Positions 17,891 through 27,137 of a DNA stretch of 64,000 nucleotides are shown one piece after another. The stretch's first letter is position 1, and each line of letters starts with the position of its first letter. The position numbers were made by a program, and so were the translations under genes. Under the pieces are notes generated by a model that made no database searches, was not told where the DNA came from, and saw only the letters and a list, made by a program, of their open reading frames with translations. The DNA comes from Patescibacteria group bacterium (GTDB lineage: Bacteria > Patescibacteriota > Microgenomatia > UBA12405). The DNA lies in assembly GCA_018902845.1 (NCBI GenBank), contig JAHIPV010000020.1, positions 10,810-74,809 on the forward strand, written 5' to 3'.

Positions 17891-19021
17891 GTGTACACTA
17901 GAATTTTAAAGCCGGTAAAAGATAAATGTTTCTTTTTGTTTGGTCCACGCGGTACAGGCAAGACCACTTGGGTCAAGACAACGTATTCGGATGCTATATA
18001 TTTGGATTTGTTGCGATCAGAATTATTTACCAGGTTAATATCTGATCCCGGCAGATTAGAACAGTACATTTTGCCTAATTATCAAGGATATGTGGTGATC
18101 GACGAAGTTCAACGGGTGCCAGAGTTGCTTAATGAAGTTCATCGTTTAATTGAAGATAGAAAAATTAAATTTGTTTTGACCGGTAGTAGCGCTCGAAAAA
18201 TTCGTCGCGGTGGTTATAATTTGTTGGCGGGAAGGGCATTGTCATATCAAATGTATCCATTGACGGCAATAGAAATGGGCGATGATTTTAATTTAGGTAG
18301 AAGTGTGATTCGAGGGATGTTGCCAATGGCGCAAGTTGATGGTTATGGTGAGTACTTGAAAAGTTACATTCAAACTTATTTAGAACAAGAAATAATGCAA
18401 GAAGGATTGACTCGAAATTTGTCGGCTTTTGCCAGATTTTTAGAAGTGGCCAGTTTTTCTCAAGGACAGTTGTTAAATATGGCCTCCATATCTCGAGATG
18501 TGGGAGTAGGACGCAAAGTGATAAGTGGTTATTTTACTATTTTGCAAGATTTGCTGATTGGATATTTGATCAAACCGTTTACCAAGAGGTCAAAAAGAAG
18601 GTTGGTGTCGCATGCAAAGTTTTATTTTTTTGATTGTGGAGTATATCGGGCGATTAGGCCAACCGGACCGCTTGATTCCGGTGATGAGGTGAGTGGAATA
18701 GCAACGGAGTCTTTGGTGTTGAGCCAGTTGATGGCAAATAATGATTTGTTAAAACTAGGGTACGAAGTAAACTATTATCGAACTGCAACCGGGGTGGAGG
18801 TAGATTTTGTGTTGTATGGCAAGAGAGGTCTGGTGGCAATTGAAGTCAAAAAAAGTGGCAAATTTAAAGAGGGAATGATTAGTGGACTAAAGAGATTTAA
18901 GCTTGATTATCCTGAAGCTAAGTTGTATTTATTGTATGGAGGTAGCCAGGAATTATATGTCAATGGGGTGACGGTGATGTCTTTGGAGAAGGCACTGAAA
19001 GAGATGGATAAGTGGTTGTAG
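17891..19021 (+). CDS. AAA+ ATPase with DUF4143 domain
   Basis: LFGPRGTGKTTW and VVIDEVQ. Confidence 0.75.
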   Translation: MYTRILKPVKDKCFFLFGPRGTGKTTWVKTTYSDAIYLDLLRSELFTRLISDPGRLEQYILPNYQGYVVIDEVQRVPELLNEVHRLIEDRKIKFVLTGSSARKIRRGGYNLLAGRALSYQMYPLTAIEMGDDFNLGRSVIRGMLPMAQVDGYGEYLKSYIQTYLEQEIMQEGLTRNLSAFARFLEVASFSQGQLLNMASISRDVGVGRKVISGYFTILQDLLIGYLIKPFTKRSKRRLVSHAKFYFFDCGVYRAIRPTGPLDSGDEVSGIATESLVLSQLMANNDLLKLGYEVNYYRTATGVEVDFVLYGKRGLVAIEVKKSGKFKEGMISGLKRFKLDYPEAKLYLLYGGSQELYVNGVTVMSLEKALKEMDKWL

Positions 19022-19047
19022 AGGTAAGGATTAGGGACAATAAAGAT

Positions 19048-20109
19048 TTAGGGAGTTTGTTTGAAAACAAAATAATTGTCGACCGAAAATTGGCATTGAT
19101 CTATAAAGATTGATTTAAAAAGATCGAGATTGTTTTGTTCGTAAAATAACAGAGTAGCTTGTTTGTATAGTTTTTCGTCAACACTTCTAAATGGAATTGG
19201 AAAGTGATTGTGGGCGAGCAAGATGGCATTGCCGATAATACGACCGGTTCTTTTGTTGCCATCTTCAAAGGGTTGAATATAACTAATTAAGATCATACTT
19301 AGCAAAGATTTGGTAAAAATATTATCAGTAGAGTTGATTAACCGGCACATTTTTTGCATGCTTTCTCTAATTTGGTATTGATTGTCTAGAGGTTTGTATT
19401 TGGTGCCGGTAATGCCTACCAGGGTTTTGCGTAAGTTTTTGGAAACATTGAGTTTGTAGGTAATTATTCTGTGAATTTCTTGAATGGTGGGCAGGTCTGT
19501 TTTTTTAAAATATTTTTTTTGGTTGAAAATCAGATCTATGGCATCTTTGTGGTTTAGAAGCATGATGGTTTCGCTTTTTTGTTTACCTTTAGCTTCGATG
19601 CCTTTTTTTAACAGGAGTTCAGTGTCTAACAGGCTGTATGTGTTGCCTTCGATGAGGCTAGATTTCCAACTTAATTCAATGGTTATTCTTTCGATTTCTT
19701 TTTGAATTATGGTTGGTGATAACTTTTTGAAATTTTGCAGATATTTTTTTTGAAGTTTAAGTAATTGTTTTGTTTCGTCTTTGTTGAAGATATCAGAATT
19801 TTTTAGAGTTGAAAAAATTGAAAAATTAAAGTTTGGCAGTATGTTTCGTGAATCAATCGGTATAGAAAAATATTTGTCAATATCTATAGGTCTGAATAAT
19901 AATCCCTTGTTTGTAAGTTTGTAGGTTGTTTTTGGACCATGACCAATACGAAGCAAATAGTTTTTGGAAAGTAGAAGAGACAGATCTCTTGATAGAGTTA
20001 TGGTTGTAATTTCTTTATCTAAGAGATTTGAGAGTTGTTTTGGGGATAATGGTTTATCCTGGGAAAAGACGGATAATATTTTGGTTTGTCTGTGATTAAG
20101 TTGATTCAT
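19048..20109 (-). CDS. Fic/Doc-family protein with N-terminal winged-HTH-like region; its motif has Gln in place of the catalytic His
   Basis: The motif reads IQPFEDGNKRTGR where the canonical Fic motif is HPFx(D/E)GNGR. The His is replaced by Gln and it has NKR as in Doc. Confidence 0.65.
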   Translation of the reverse strand: MNQLNHRQTKILSVFSQDKPLSPKQLSNLLDKEITTITLSRDLSLLLSKNYLLRIGHGPKTTYKLTNKGLLFRPIDIDKYFSIPIDSRNILPNFNFSIFSTLKNSDIFNKDETKQLLKLQKKYLQNFKKLSPTIIQKEIERITIELSWKSSLIEGNTYSLLDTELLLKKGIEAKGKQKSETIMLLNHKDAIDLIFNQKKYFKKTDLPTIQEIHRIITYKLNVSKNLRKTLVGITGTKYKPLDNQYQIRESMQKMCRLINSTDNIFTKSLLSMILISYIQPFEDGNKRTGRIIGNAILLAHNHFPIPFRSVDEKLYKQATLLFYEQNNLDLFKSIFIDQCQFSVDNYFVFKQTP

Positions 20110-20250
20110 AATGCAATCATATCATCTTAATTAAATAATCATATCATTTTAATTAAATAATCATATCATTTTGATATGATTATTGAGGGTAAATGATGTG
20201 ATTTGGGAAATTTTTTTTGGAGAAGATAGGGGGATAGTATAATTATAAGA
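20110..20250. promoter_or_regulatory. Divergent intergenic region with direct repeats (TAATTAAATAATCATATCATTTT x2-3) and a palindrome AATCATATCATTTTGATATGATTA
   Basis: Read directly from the sequence. It lies between the divergent Fic and GT-C genes. Confidence 0.4.
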
Positions 20251-21828
20251 ATGAAGGTTAAAACCGGTAATTTGTTTTTTGGTTGTTGTGTATTTTTTTT
20301 GTGTTTGGTTTATTTTTTGCTTGCTTTTAAAAATCCTTTTAAAACAAATTCATTGGTATCTAATTTAGAGCCTTATCCCGATACTTTGTATTATTCTGTG
20401 CCTGCTTGGAATTTGGTGAATGGCAGAGGTTTTAAAATGTCAGCATATGGTCATGAGATTAAGAAAATTACACCACCGATTTATAGTTTGTATTTAATCC
20501 CCTTTTTTGCTTTATTTGGAGATATCAGATCGTATTATTTTGCTAATTTATTATTGTCTTTTGTTTCGATATTGGTTTTTGCAGGAATTATAAGAAAAGT
20601 TTTTGGTAATAGTTTGTTTAGTTTGGCGATTGTTTTGTTTTTGGGATTTTTGTTTGTGACTAATTATTATTTTTATAATTTACCTTCTTTGTTGATGGCA
20701 GAGAATTTGACCTTGTGTGTACTGTTGATATTGGCTTTCCTTTTGTTTGTTGATATTAGTCTTAAGTCTGTATTGATTTCAAGTTTTTTGGGGGTGTTTT
20801 TTGGCTTAATTAAATTTTCTAATTTATCTTTATCTTTGGTGTTTTTGTTTTTGTATACAGTAAAAGTTTTTGTTGGAAACAAAAATAAAAAATTTAAATT
20901 TTGGTATGTGGGGTTTTTACTTTTATTTTCATTATTTTTTATATTTTATTTAATCAGTTCGGGAATTTTTAGTGGGCACGTGAATTTAAACAAAGAAACC
21001 GGTTTTTCTTTTGGATATTTTATAAAAAATTTGAGTTTTTATTTATCTGCTTTAATGGGGAAGGACACCAGATATTTGTGGTATACAAAAAAATTAATGG
21101 CAAGAAGTGTGGTTGTATTGGCTTTTTGCGGTGTGGTAGCAGGGTTATTGATGAAAAAATTTAGAGTTTTGGTTTTAAAATTGCTGTTTTTTTTATTTGT
21201 TCCTGTTATTTGTGTTTGTTTTTTTTATTATGCTGATGCCAGATATATTTTTATGGTTTTGCCCTTGGTATTAATTTTAATCGGTTTTTTGTTTTTTGTA
21301 TTAATGAAGAAATTTGGAGCAAGGCTAAGTTATTTACTGATGTTTTTACTGATGGTTTTTTATGTTTTTGAAAAGGATGAAGGAGAGAGAAGAATTGTGT
21401 TTTTTAAGAAGCAGGTTGGATTGAATTTTAGACACAAAGAGGATCCGTGGAATTATTTGGCAATTGAGAATTTTAATAATTATTTTAAAAATAAAAATAA
21501 GGATGTTTATTTAGGAAGTTTTTTGCCGCCTTTTTATGTTGATATTTTTTCCAATCATAATTATGAGTATTTGCCAATATTTGAAAAACAGGAATTTTCC
21601 AGCGGACAAAAGAAAGTTTTAGACAAGTTTTATTCCGGTGAATTGGTTGAATATTACAAGAGTTTGGTTAAAAATGAAAAAAAAGTATTTGTATCTAATT
21701 ATTATGTGAACAATAGCGTGGGGTGGAGAAAAGTTTTTGATGATTTATTGGCAAACTTTGATACAGAATTAGTAAGGGATGGTTGTTTGGGAAGTTGTAA
21801 TATTTATAAATTGAGTTTGAAAAGGTAA
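20251..21828 (+). CDS. Polytopic membrane protein, GT-C-fold glycosyltransferase-like (ArnT/PMT-like)
   Basis: 525 aa with at least 10 TM helices. Its first extracytoplasmic loop reads PYPDTLYYSVPAWNLVNGRGF. Confidence 0.5.
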   Translation: MKVKTGNLFFGCCVFFLCLVYFLLAFKNPFKTNSLVSNLEPYPDTLYYSVPAWNLVNGRGFKMSAYGHEIKKITPPIYSLYLIPFFALFGDIRSYYFANLLLSFVSILVFAGIIRKVFGNSLFSLAIVLFLGFLFVTNYYFYNLPSLLMAENLTLCVLLILAFLLFVDISLKSVLISSFLGVFFGLIKFSNLSLSLVFLFLYTVKVFVGNKNKKFKFWYVGFLLLFSLFFIFYLISSGIFSGHVNLNKETGFSFGYFIKNLSFYLSALMGKDTRYLWYTKKLMARSVVVLAFCGVVAGLLMKKFRVLVLKLLFFLFVPVICVCFFYYADARYIFMVLPLVLILIGFLFFVLMKKFGARLSYLLMFLLMVFYVFEKDEGERRIVFFKKQVGLNFRHKEDPWNYLAIENFNNYFKNKNKDVYLGSFLPPFYVDIFSNHNYEYLPIFEKQEFSSGQKKVLDKFYSGELVEYYKSLVKNEKKVFVSNYYVNNSVGWRKVFDDLLANFDTELVRDGCLGSCNIYKLSLKR

Positions 21829-21839
21829 AATTTTAAATA

Positions 21840-22010
21840 TGAAAATTTTTGTTGTAGTGCCGAGTTGGAATGAGGGAAAAAGAGTAGTCAAGACAGTCAG
21901 AAAAGTTTTAAAAAATACAAAAAATAGCGTGATAGTTGTTGATGATGGTTCCAGTGATAATTCTTTTGTTTTGCTAAAAAAGATTTTGTCTGCCCTTTTT
22001 TGTTTTGCGT
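21840..22010 (+). pseudogene. Truncated GT2 glycosyltransferase 5' fragment
   Basis: Encodes MKIFVVVPSWNEGKRVVKTVRKVLKNTKNSVIVVDDGSSDNS, then runs into a stop after about 56 codons. Confidence 0.45.
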
Positions 22011-22245
22011 AGTTGATTAAGAATTTGATTAGTTTTGTACCAAGACCTTTTCTTCGTGCGTTCTTGAGGATAGCAATACGTTCCAGTTTCATCTTGTTAT
22101 TTGGGTATCTTATTCTGGCGCAACCGACAGCTTTGTTTTTGTAATAAAGGATGACATGTTCGGAGGTGTCGTCTAATCCGTCCTTCTCTTTTTTGAGGGG
22201 ACAATGCCTTGATCTTTAACAAATACTTCTCTTCTGATTTTTAGT
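21975..22245 (-). pseudogene. GNAT acetyltransferase remnant lacking a start
   Basis: Hand translation gives ...EHVILYYKNKAVGCARIRYPNNKMKLERIAILKNARRKGLGTKLIKFLINYAKQKRADKIFF, which includes GNAT motif A. There is a stop upstream with no Met, and the predicted ORF 21769..22092 continues antisense into the GT2 fragment. Confidence 0.45.
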
Positions 22246-22422
22246 ATTTGGTTGATTTCACTTTGGTTTTTAGTAATGTGTATGTTGATCATGTTGGTTT
22301 TTTTGAGGTTGTTTTGATTTAACGTTGTTTATGCTATCAAAGTTTGTATGTTTTGAGAAGCATAAACAAGAATTTGGGTGTATTTGTCAGAGGAGCAAAT
22401 ATTGTGGTAGTATAATTTCATT

Positions 22423-23202
22423 ATGAAAGTGATTATTTTGTGTGGTGGAATGGGAACGAGGTTGAGGGAAGAGACTGAGTTTAGGCCGAAGCCGATGGTG
22501 TTTATTGGTAATAAGCCGATGCTCTGGCATATTATGAAAATATATGCACATTATGGTTTTAACGAGTTTATATTAGCATTGGGATATAGGGCTGATTATA
22601 TAAAGCGGTTTTTTTTGGACCAAAAGGCATATACCTCTGATTTTATTTTAGATACTAAAACATGTAAAAGAAGATTTTTTTTGCAGAGCAGGAATAATGT
22701 TGATGATTTTAAGATAACCTTTGTGGATACGGGTTTGGAGACGTTGGTAGGTGAGAGAGTCTTGAGGTGTCGGAGGTATGTTCCGGATGCCGATAGAAAT
22801 TTTATGGTAACTTATGGTGATGGAGTTGCAGACGTAAACATTAAAAAGTTGCTTGATTTTCATAAGAAACAAAAGACTTTGGGTACGATTTTGGGTATTC
22901 ATTCAAGGTCAAAATTTGGAGTATTAAAGGTTGATAAAAATAATTTAATTAAGATGTTTTCTGAAAAACCGGTAACAAATAATTGGGTTAATGGGGGTTT
23001 TATGGTTTTCAAGAAGGAGGCCTTCAATTATTTTAAACTAGGAATTTCGGAACATCCGGTGCTAAAATCTTTGGCAAAAGAAGACCAGTTGTCTGTTTAT
23101 AAACATGAAAGTTTTTGGTTTGCTATGGATACTAATAAAGAGATGGTAACATTAAATAATTTGTGGTTGTTAGACAAACCTCCATGGAAAATATGGAAAT
23201 AA
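22423..23202 (+). CDS. rfbF: Glucose-1-phosphate cytidylyltransferase
   Basis: MKVIILCGGMGTRLREETEFRPKPMVFIGNKPMLWHIMKIYAHYGFNEFILALGYRADYIKRFF, a full-length match to the RfbF/DdhA pattern. Confidence 0.85.
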   Translation: MKVIILCGGMGTRLREETEFRPKPMVFIGNKPMLWHIMKIYAHYGFNEFILALGYRADYIKRFFLDQKAYTSDFILDTKTCKRRFFLQSRNNVDDFKITFVDTGLETLVGERVLRCRRYVPDADRNFMVTYGDGVADVNIKKLLDFHKKQKTLGTILGIHSRSKFGVLKVDKNNLIKMFSEKPVTNNWVNGGFMVFKKEAFNYFKLGISEHPVLKSLAKEDQLSVYKHESFWFAMDTNKEMVTLNNLWLLDKPPWKIWK

Positions 23203-24170
23203 ATAAAAAATTTAATGGTAAAAATGTTTTAGTAACTGGTGGAACGGGTTTTGTGGGATCACATTTAATAGAAGAACTGGTTAAACAAGGAGCTAATGTT
23301 GTAACTACTTTTGAGTACACTGATCCTTATTCATATTTTATGAAGAAGGAATTGGATAAAAAAGTAACTATGGCTAATGTTGATGTTGGTCATTTTGATA
23401 AAGTTTTTGATTTGGTAACTAAGTTTGAGGTTGAATATATTTTTCATTTAGCAGCACAAGCAATTGTTACTACAGCTTATAGTAATCCAAGGAGAACTCT
23501 AGAATCAAATATAATGGGAACTACAAACATATTAGAAAGTGCTAGGCTTTATTCAAAAATAAAAGCGGTGGTGGTAGCTTCTTCAGATAAAGCTTATGGA
23601 AAGTTGGGAATTAAAAAAAATACTTATATTGAAACTGATCCTCTTAAGGGAGATCATCCTTATGATGTTTCAAAATCGGCCACTGACTTAATTGCTAATA
23701 TGTATTTTAAGACTTATCAAGTGCCAGTTGCAACAACTCGTTTTGGCAATATTTATGGTGAAGGAGACAATAATCCTTCACGGATAATACCTGGGATTAT
23801 GACTTCATTAATTAATAATGAAAAATTAGAATTGAGAAGCGATGGAAAAGCAGTAAGGGATTATTTATACGTTAAAGATGTTGTGAATGGTTATCTAATG
23901 TTGGCAGAGAAAATAAACAAAACTAAAGGTGAATCTTTTAATTTTGGGTCTAGTGATACTCTTTCAGTAATTGAGCTAATTGAAGAAATTCAAAAAGCAC
24001 TAAAAGTGAAAGTTCCTTATAAGGTTTTAAATATTGCTAAGAATGAAATACCATATCAATCATTGAATTATGAAAAGATTAAAAAAATTGGTTGGAAAAA
24101 TAAAGAAAATGTAAAAACTACCACAGAGAGAATTTATAAATGGTACGAGCAAATAATTGAAAAAGATTAA
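23184..24170 (+). CDS. rfbG: NAD-dependent NDP-sugar 4,6-dehydratase, probably CDP-glucose 4,6-dehydratase
   Basis: Rossmann motif NVLVTGGTGFVGSHL and an extended-SDR Y-x3-K (DVSKSATD). It follows rfbF with an overlapping start. Its A-ending codon usage differs from neighbouring genes. Confidence 0.65.
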   Translation: MENMEINKKFNGKNVLVTGGTGFVGSHLIEELVKQGANVVTTFEYTDPYSYFMKKELDKKVTMANVDVGHFDKVFDLVTKFEVEYIFHLAAQAIVTTAYSNPRRTLESNIMGTTNILESARLYSKIKAVVVASSDKAYGKLGIKKNTYIETDPLKGDHPYDVSKSATDLIANMYFKTYQVPVATTRFGNIYGEGDNNPSRIIPGIMTSLINNEKLELRSDGKAVRDYLYVKDVVNGYLMLAEKINKTKGESFNFGSSDTLSVIELIEEIQKALKVKVPYKVLNIAKNEIPYQSLNYEKIKKIGWKNKENVKTTTERIYKWYEQIIEKD

Positions 24171-24184
24171 AAGTTAAATAATTT

Positions 24185-25720
24185 ATGAAAAAAAATATAC
24201 GCGAAATATTTAAACTTGTTGTTTCAACTGTTAAACCTTTATTTATTTTGGAAATGGCGAATAATCATATGGGTGATGTTGGGCATGGTTTAAAAATAAT
24301 TAGAGAATTTCATAAAATAACCAAGAAATTTGATTTTCATTTTGCTTTCAAGTTTCAGTATCGAAACATAGACACCTTTATCCATCCTGAGTATAAAAAC
24401 AGAATGGATATAAAGTATGTTAAACGGTTTTCGGAAACTCGGCTTAGCCCAAGTGAATTTTTGAGTCTAAAAAAAGAAGCTGAAAGTTTGGGGTATATCA
24501 GTATTTGTACACCGTTTGATGAGGAGTCTGTCGATTTGATAGAAAAGCATAATTATTCGGTTATAAAAGTTGGTAGCTGTTCTTTTGCTGACTGGCCATT
24601 ATTGGAAAGAATTATTAAAGTGGATAAACCGGTGGTGCTATCCACTGGTGGGGCGAGTTTACAAGATATAGACAATGTGGTTTCATTTTTTCATCATAGG
24701 AAAAAGAAATTTGCAATTATGCATTGCGTGGGGGAATATCCGACGGTGGCAGAAAATCTTCAATTAAACCAGATTACCTTTTTTAAGAATAGATACGCTG
24801 ATGTGGTGGTGGGTTTTTCGACACACGAAGATCCGGATGATTTTGTTCCAGTCCAGTTAGCGGTTGCAAAAGGTGCCCAGATTTTTGAAAGACATGTGGC
24901 CATAAAGACCAAGAAATATGATATTAATGCTTATTCCTCTCTTCCCAGTCAAGTGGAAAGTTGGCTTGTCGCCGCTCAAAGAGCAATAAAAATCGGAGGA
25001 GTGGTAGAAGAGAGAGTTGATCATAGTAAAAAAGAGATGGTGGATATCAGACAATTTAAGAGGGGTGTTTTTGCTAAAAGATCTTTTAAGAAAGGGGAAC
25101 TTATTAAGACAGAGGATGTATTTTTTGCCTTTCCCAATCAACTAGGCCAATTAGTTGCAAATCAGATATCTAAATACAAGTATTATTATGCTAAAAAAGC
25201 AATAAAGAAAAACGGAGTTATAAAAGATGTGCGGTTGGACGACACCAGAGAGGAAGTGTATGCCATAGTTAAAAGGATTGATAAACTTTTTAAGAAAAGT
25301 GGTGTTGTATTTCCCAACAGAGTTGATTTGGAAATATCTCATCATTACGGGCTTGATAAATTTGATAAGTATGGGATTTGTATGGTGACTTGTGTTAATA
25401 GAGGTTATTGTAAAAAATTAATAATCATGTTTCCCGGTCAGTTACATCCCGAACAATATCATCGCAAAAAAGAAGAAACATTTCATGTTTTGTATGGTAA
25501 GTTTATTGTTTGGTTAAACGATAAGAAACATATTTTTTTACCAGGTGACGTGGTTGTTATAGAGCCTACTGTCAGACATCGTTTTACTACGGTAAATGGG
25601 GGCATTCTCGAGGAAATTTCCTCGACCCATTTTGTTAATGATTCTTTTTATATCGATGAAAAGATTTCTTTGAATAAGAATAGGAAGACCCATGTTCGTT
25701 ATTGGAGAAACGTGGTTTAA
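24185..25720 (+). CDS. NeuB/PseI/SpsE-family sugar-acid (sialic-acid-type) synthase fused to a C-terminal cupin domain
   Basis: N-terminal TIM barrel (FILEMANNHMGDVGHGLKIIREFHKITKKFDFHFAFKFQ), a SAF-like segment (GELIKTEDVFFAFPNQ), then about 180 extra residues with cupin-like H/E/H content (MFPGQLHPEQYHRKKEETFHVLYGKF...GDVVVIEPTVRHRF). Confidence 0.65.
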   Translation: MKKNIREIFKLVVSTVKPLFILEMANNHMGDVGHGLKIIREFHKITKKFDFHFAFKFQYRNIDTFIHPEYKNRMDIKYVKRFSETRLSPSEFLSLKKEAESLGYISICTPFDEESVDLIEKHNYSVIKVGSCSFADWPLLERIIKVDKPVVLSTGGASLQDIDNVVSFFHHRKKKFAIMHCVGEYPTVAENLQLNQITFFKNRYADVVVGFSTHEDPDDFVPVQLAVAKGAQIFERHVAIKTKKYDINAYSSLPSQVESWLVAAQRAIKIGGVVEERVDHSKKEMVDIRQFKRGVFAKRSFKKGELIKTEDVFFAFPNQLGQLVANQISKYKYYYAKKAIKKNGVIKDVRLDDTREEVYAIVKRIDKLFKKSGVVFPNRVDLEISHHYGLDKFDKYGICMVTCVNRGYCKKLIIMFPGQLHPEQYHRKKEETFHVLYGKFIVWLNDKKHIFLPGDVVVIEPTVRHRFTTVNGGILEEISSTHFVNDSFYIDEKISLNKNRKTHVRYWRNVV

Positions 25721-25727
25721 TTTTGTG

Positions 25728-26591
25728 ATGAGAGTGCTTATAACCGGGGGAACCGGCTTTATTGCCAGAAATTTATTTGAGCAGTTGAAAGATAAGTATA
25801 ATGTAATTTGTTTGGGGAGAAAGAAGCTTAACCTTTTGAATTTTGGTAGAGTTTTAGCTTATATAAAGAGTAACAGATTTGATGTGGTAATACATACGGC
25901 TACATATGATGTGGCGCCAAAACATTCGGTAAAAGACCCATCTAAGGTTTTGGAATATAATTTAAAAATGTTTTTTAATTTGACCAGATGTAAAGATTAT
26001 TTTGGTAAGATGATTTATTTTGGTTCAGGGGCGGAGTATTGTCGGGAAAACTGGAAGCCGAGGATGAGGGAGAGTTATTATGACAAATATGTGCCAATGG
26101 ATCAATATGGGTTTTCCAAATATTTGATGACAAAGCATACACAATTAAGCGATAATATTTATAATCTTCGGTTGTTTGGAATGTTTGGTAAATATGATGA
26201 TTGGAGAACAAGACTTATTCCAAATGTGTGTTATCGTGCCGTGATGAATTTACCAATTGTTATAGATCAAAATAAATTTTATGATTTTTTGGATGTTAAT
26301 GATTTGGTAAAAATTGTAAGTTGGTTTATTGACAATAATCCTCAAGAGAAGGTTTACAATGTTTGTACAGGCAAGGCGATTGCTTACAAATCATTAGTTG
26401 AAAAAATAATTAAGATATCGGGTAAAAATTTGAGTTTTCGAATAAAGAATAAAGCCTTGGGGAGGGAATATAGTGGAGATAACGACTTGCTCATGAAGGA
26501 ATTGAAGGGTTTTGAGTTTATTCCGATTGATGAATCAATAAAATCATTATATGATTGGTATAATCAAAATAAGATGAAAATTTTTATATGA
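25728..26591 (+). CDS. Short NAD(P)-dependent sugar epimerase/4-ketoreductase (RfbS/RfbJ-like size)
   Basis: MRVLITGGTGFIARNL, about 288 aa. The start is probably Met at 25728 rather than the predicted 25692. Confidence 0.65.
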   Translation: MRVLITGGTGFIARNLFEQLKDKYNVICLGRKKLNLLNFGRVLAYIKSNRFDVVIHTATYDVAPKHSVKDPSKVLEYNLKMFFNLTRCKDYFGKMIYFGSGAEYCRENWKPRMRESYYDKYVPMDQYGFSKYLMTKHTQLSDNIYNLRLFGMFGKYDDWRTRLIPNVCYRAVMNLPIVIDQNKFYDFLDVNDLVKIVSWFIDNNPQEKVYNVCTGKAIAYKSLVEKIIKISGKNLSFRIKNKALGREYSGDNDLLMKELKGFEFIPIDESIKSLYDWYNQNKMKIFI

Positions 26592-27085
26592 ACATAGATG
26601 AATCAATAAAATTTATTGAGAAGCAAATAGGAGATCCAAAACTGGGTTTGCCAGAGGAGGTGTTTTTTTTTGCCAGTAGGATTGTGCCGATGGTTAATGT
26701 TGATTTATTAATAAAGGATGAAAAGAAACGGATTTTGTTGGCGTGGAGGGATGATCAATATGCGGGAGCAGGGTGGCATGTCCCTGGGGGAATAGTTCGT
26801 TACAAGGAAAATTGGGAACAAAGAGTGAGAAAGGTGGCAGAAATGGAGATTGGAATGATGGTTGAATTTGATCTTAGGCCAATTGCTTTCAATCAAATTT
26901 TCCTTGATCATAAAACACGAGGGCATTTTATTTCAATATTATTTAGATGTTTTTTGTCAGGTAAGTTTATTCCAAAAAACGAAGGGTTAAAGCAAGATGA
27001 CGTGGGTTATTTGAGGTGGCATGATACTTGCCCAAAAAACTTAGTTGAAGTGCAAAAGATATATAGGAAATTTATAAAAAGATGA
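26588..27085 (+). CDS. NUDIX-like hydrolase (degenerate Nudix box; GDP-mannose mannosyl hydrolase-like)
   Basis: GWHVPGGIVRYKENWEQRVRKVAEMEIGM matches G-x5-E-x7-R...E...G only partially. Confidence 0.45.
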   Translation: MNIDESIKFIEKQIGDPKLGLPEEVFFFASRIVPMVNVDLLIKDEKKRILLAWRDDQYAGAGWHVPGGIVRYKENWEQRVRKVAEMEIGMMVEFDLRPIAFNQIFLDHKTRGHFISILFRCFLSGKFIPKNEGLKQDDVGYLRWHDTCPKNLVEVQKIYRKFIKR

Positions 27086-27137
27086 GAAGAAAGAGGCGTC
27101 GCTTTATTCAACAGTGTAAAAATATGGAGAGTATGCG

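Noticed and set aside
24857-25345. ORFs 24857..25141 (-) and 25151..25345 (-)
   Set aside because: They are antisense inside the NeuB-cupin CDS
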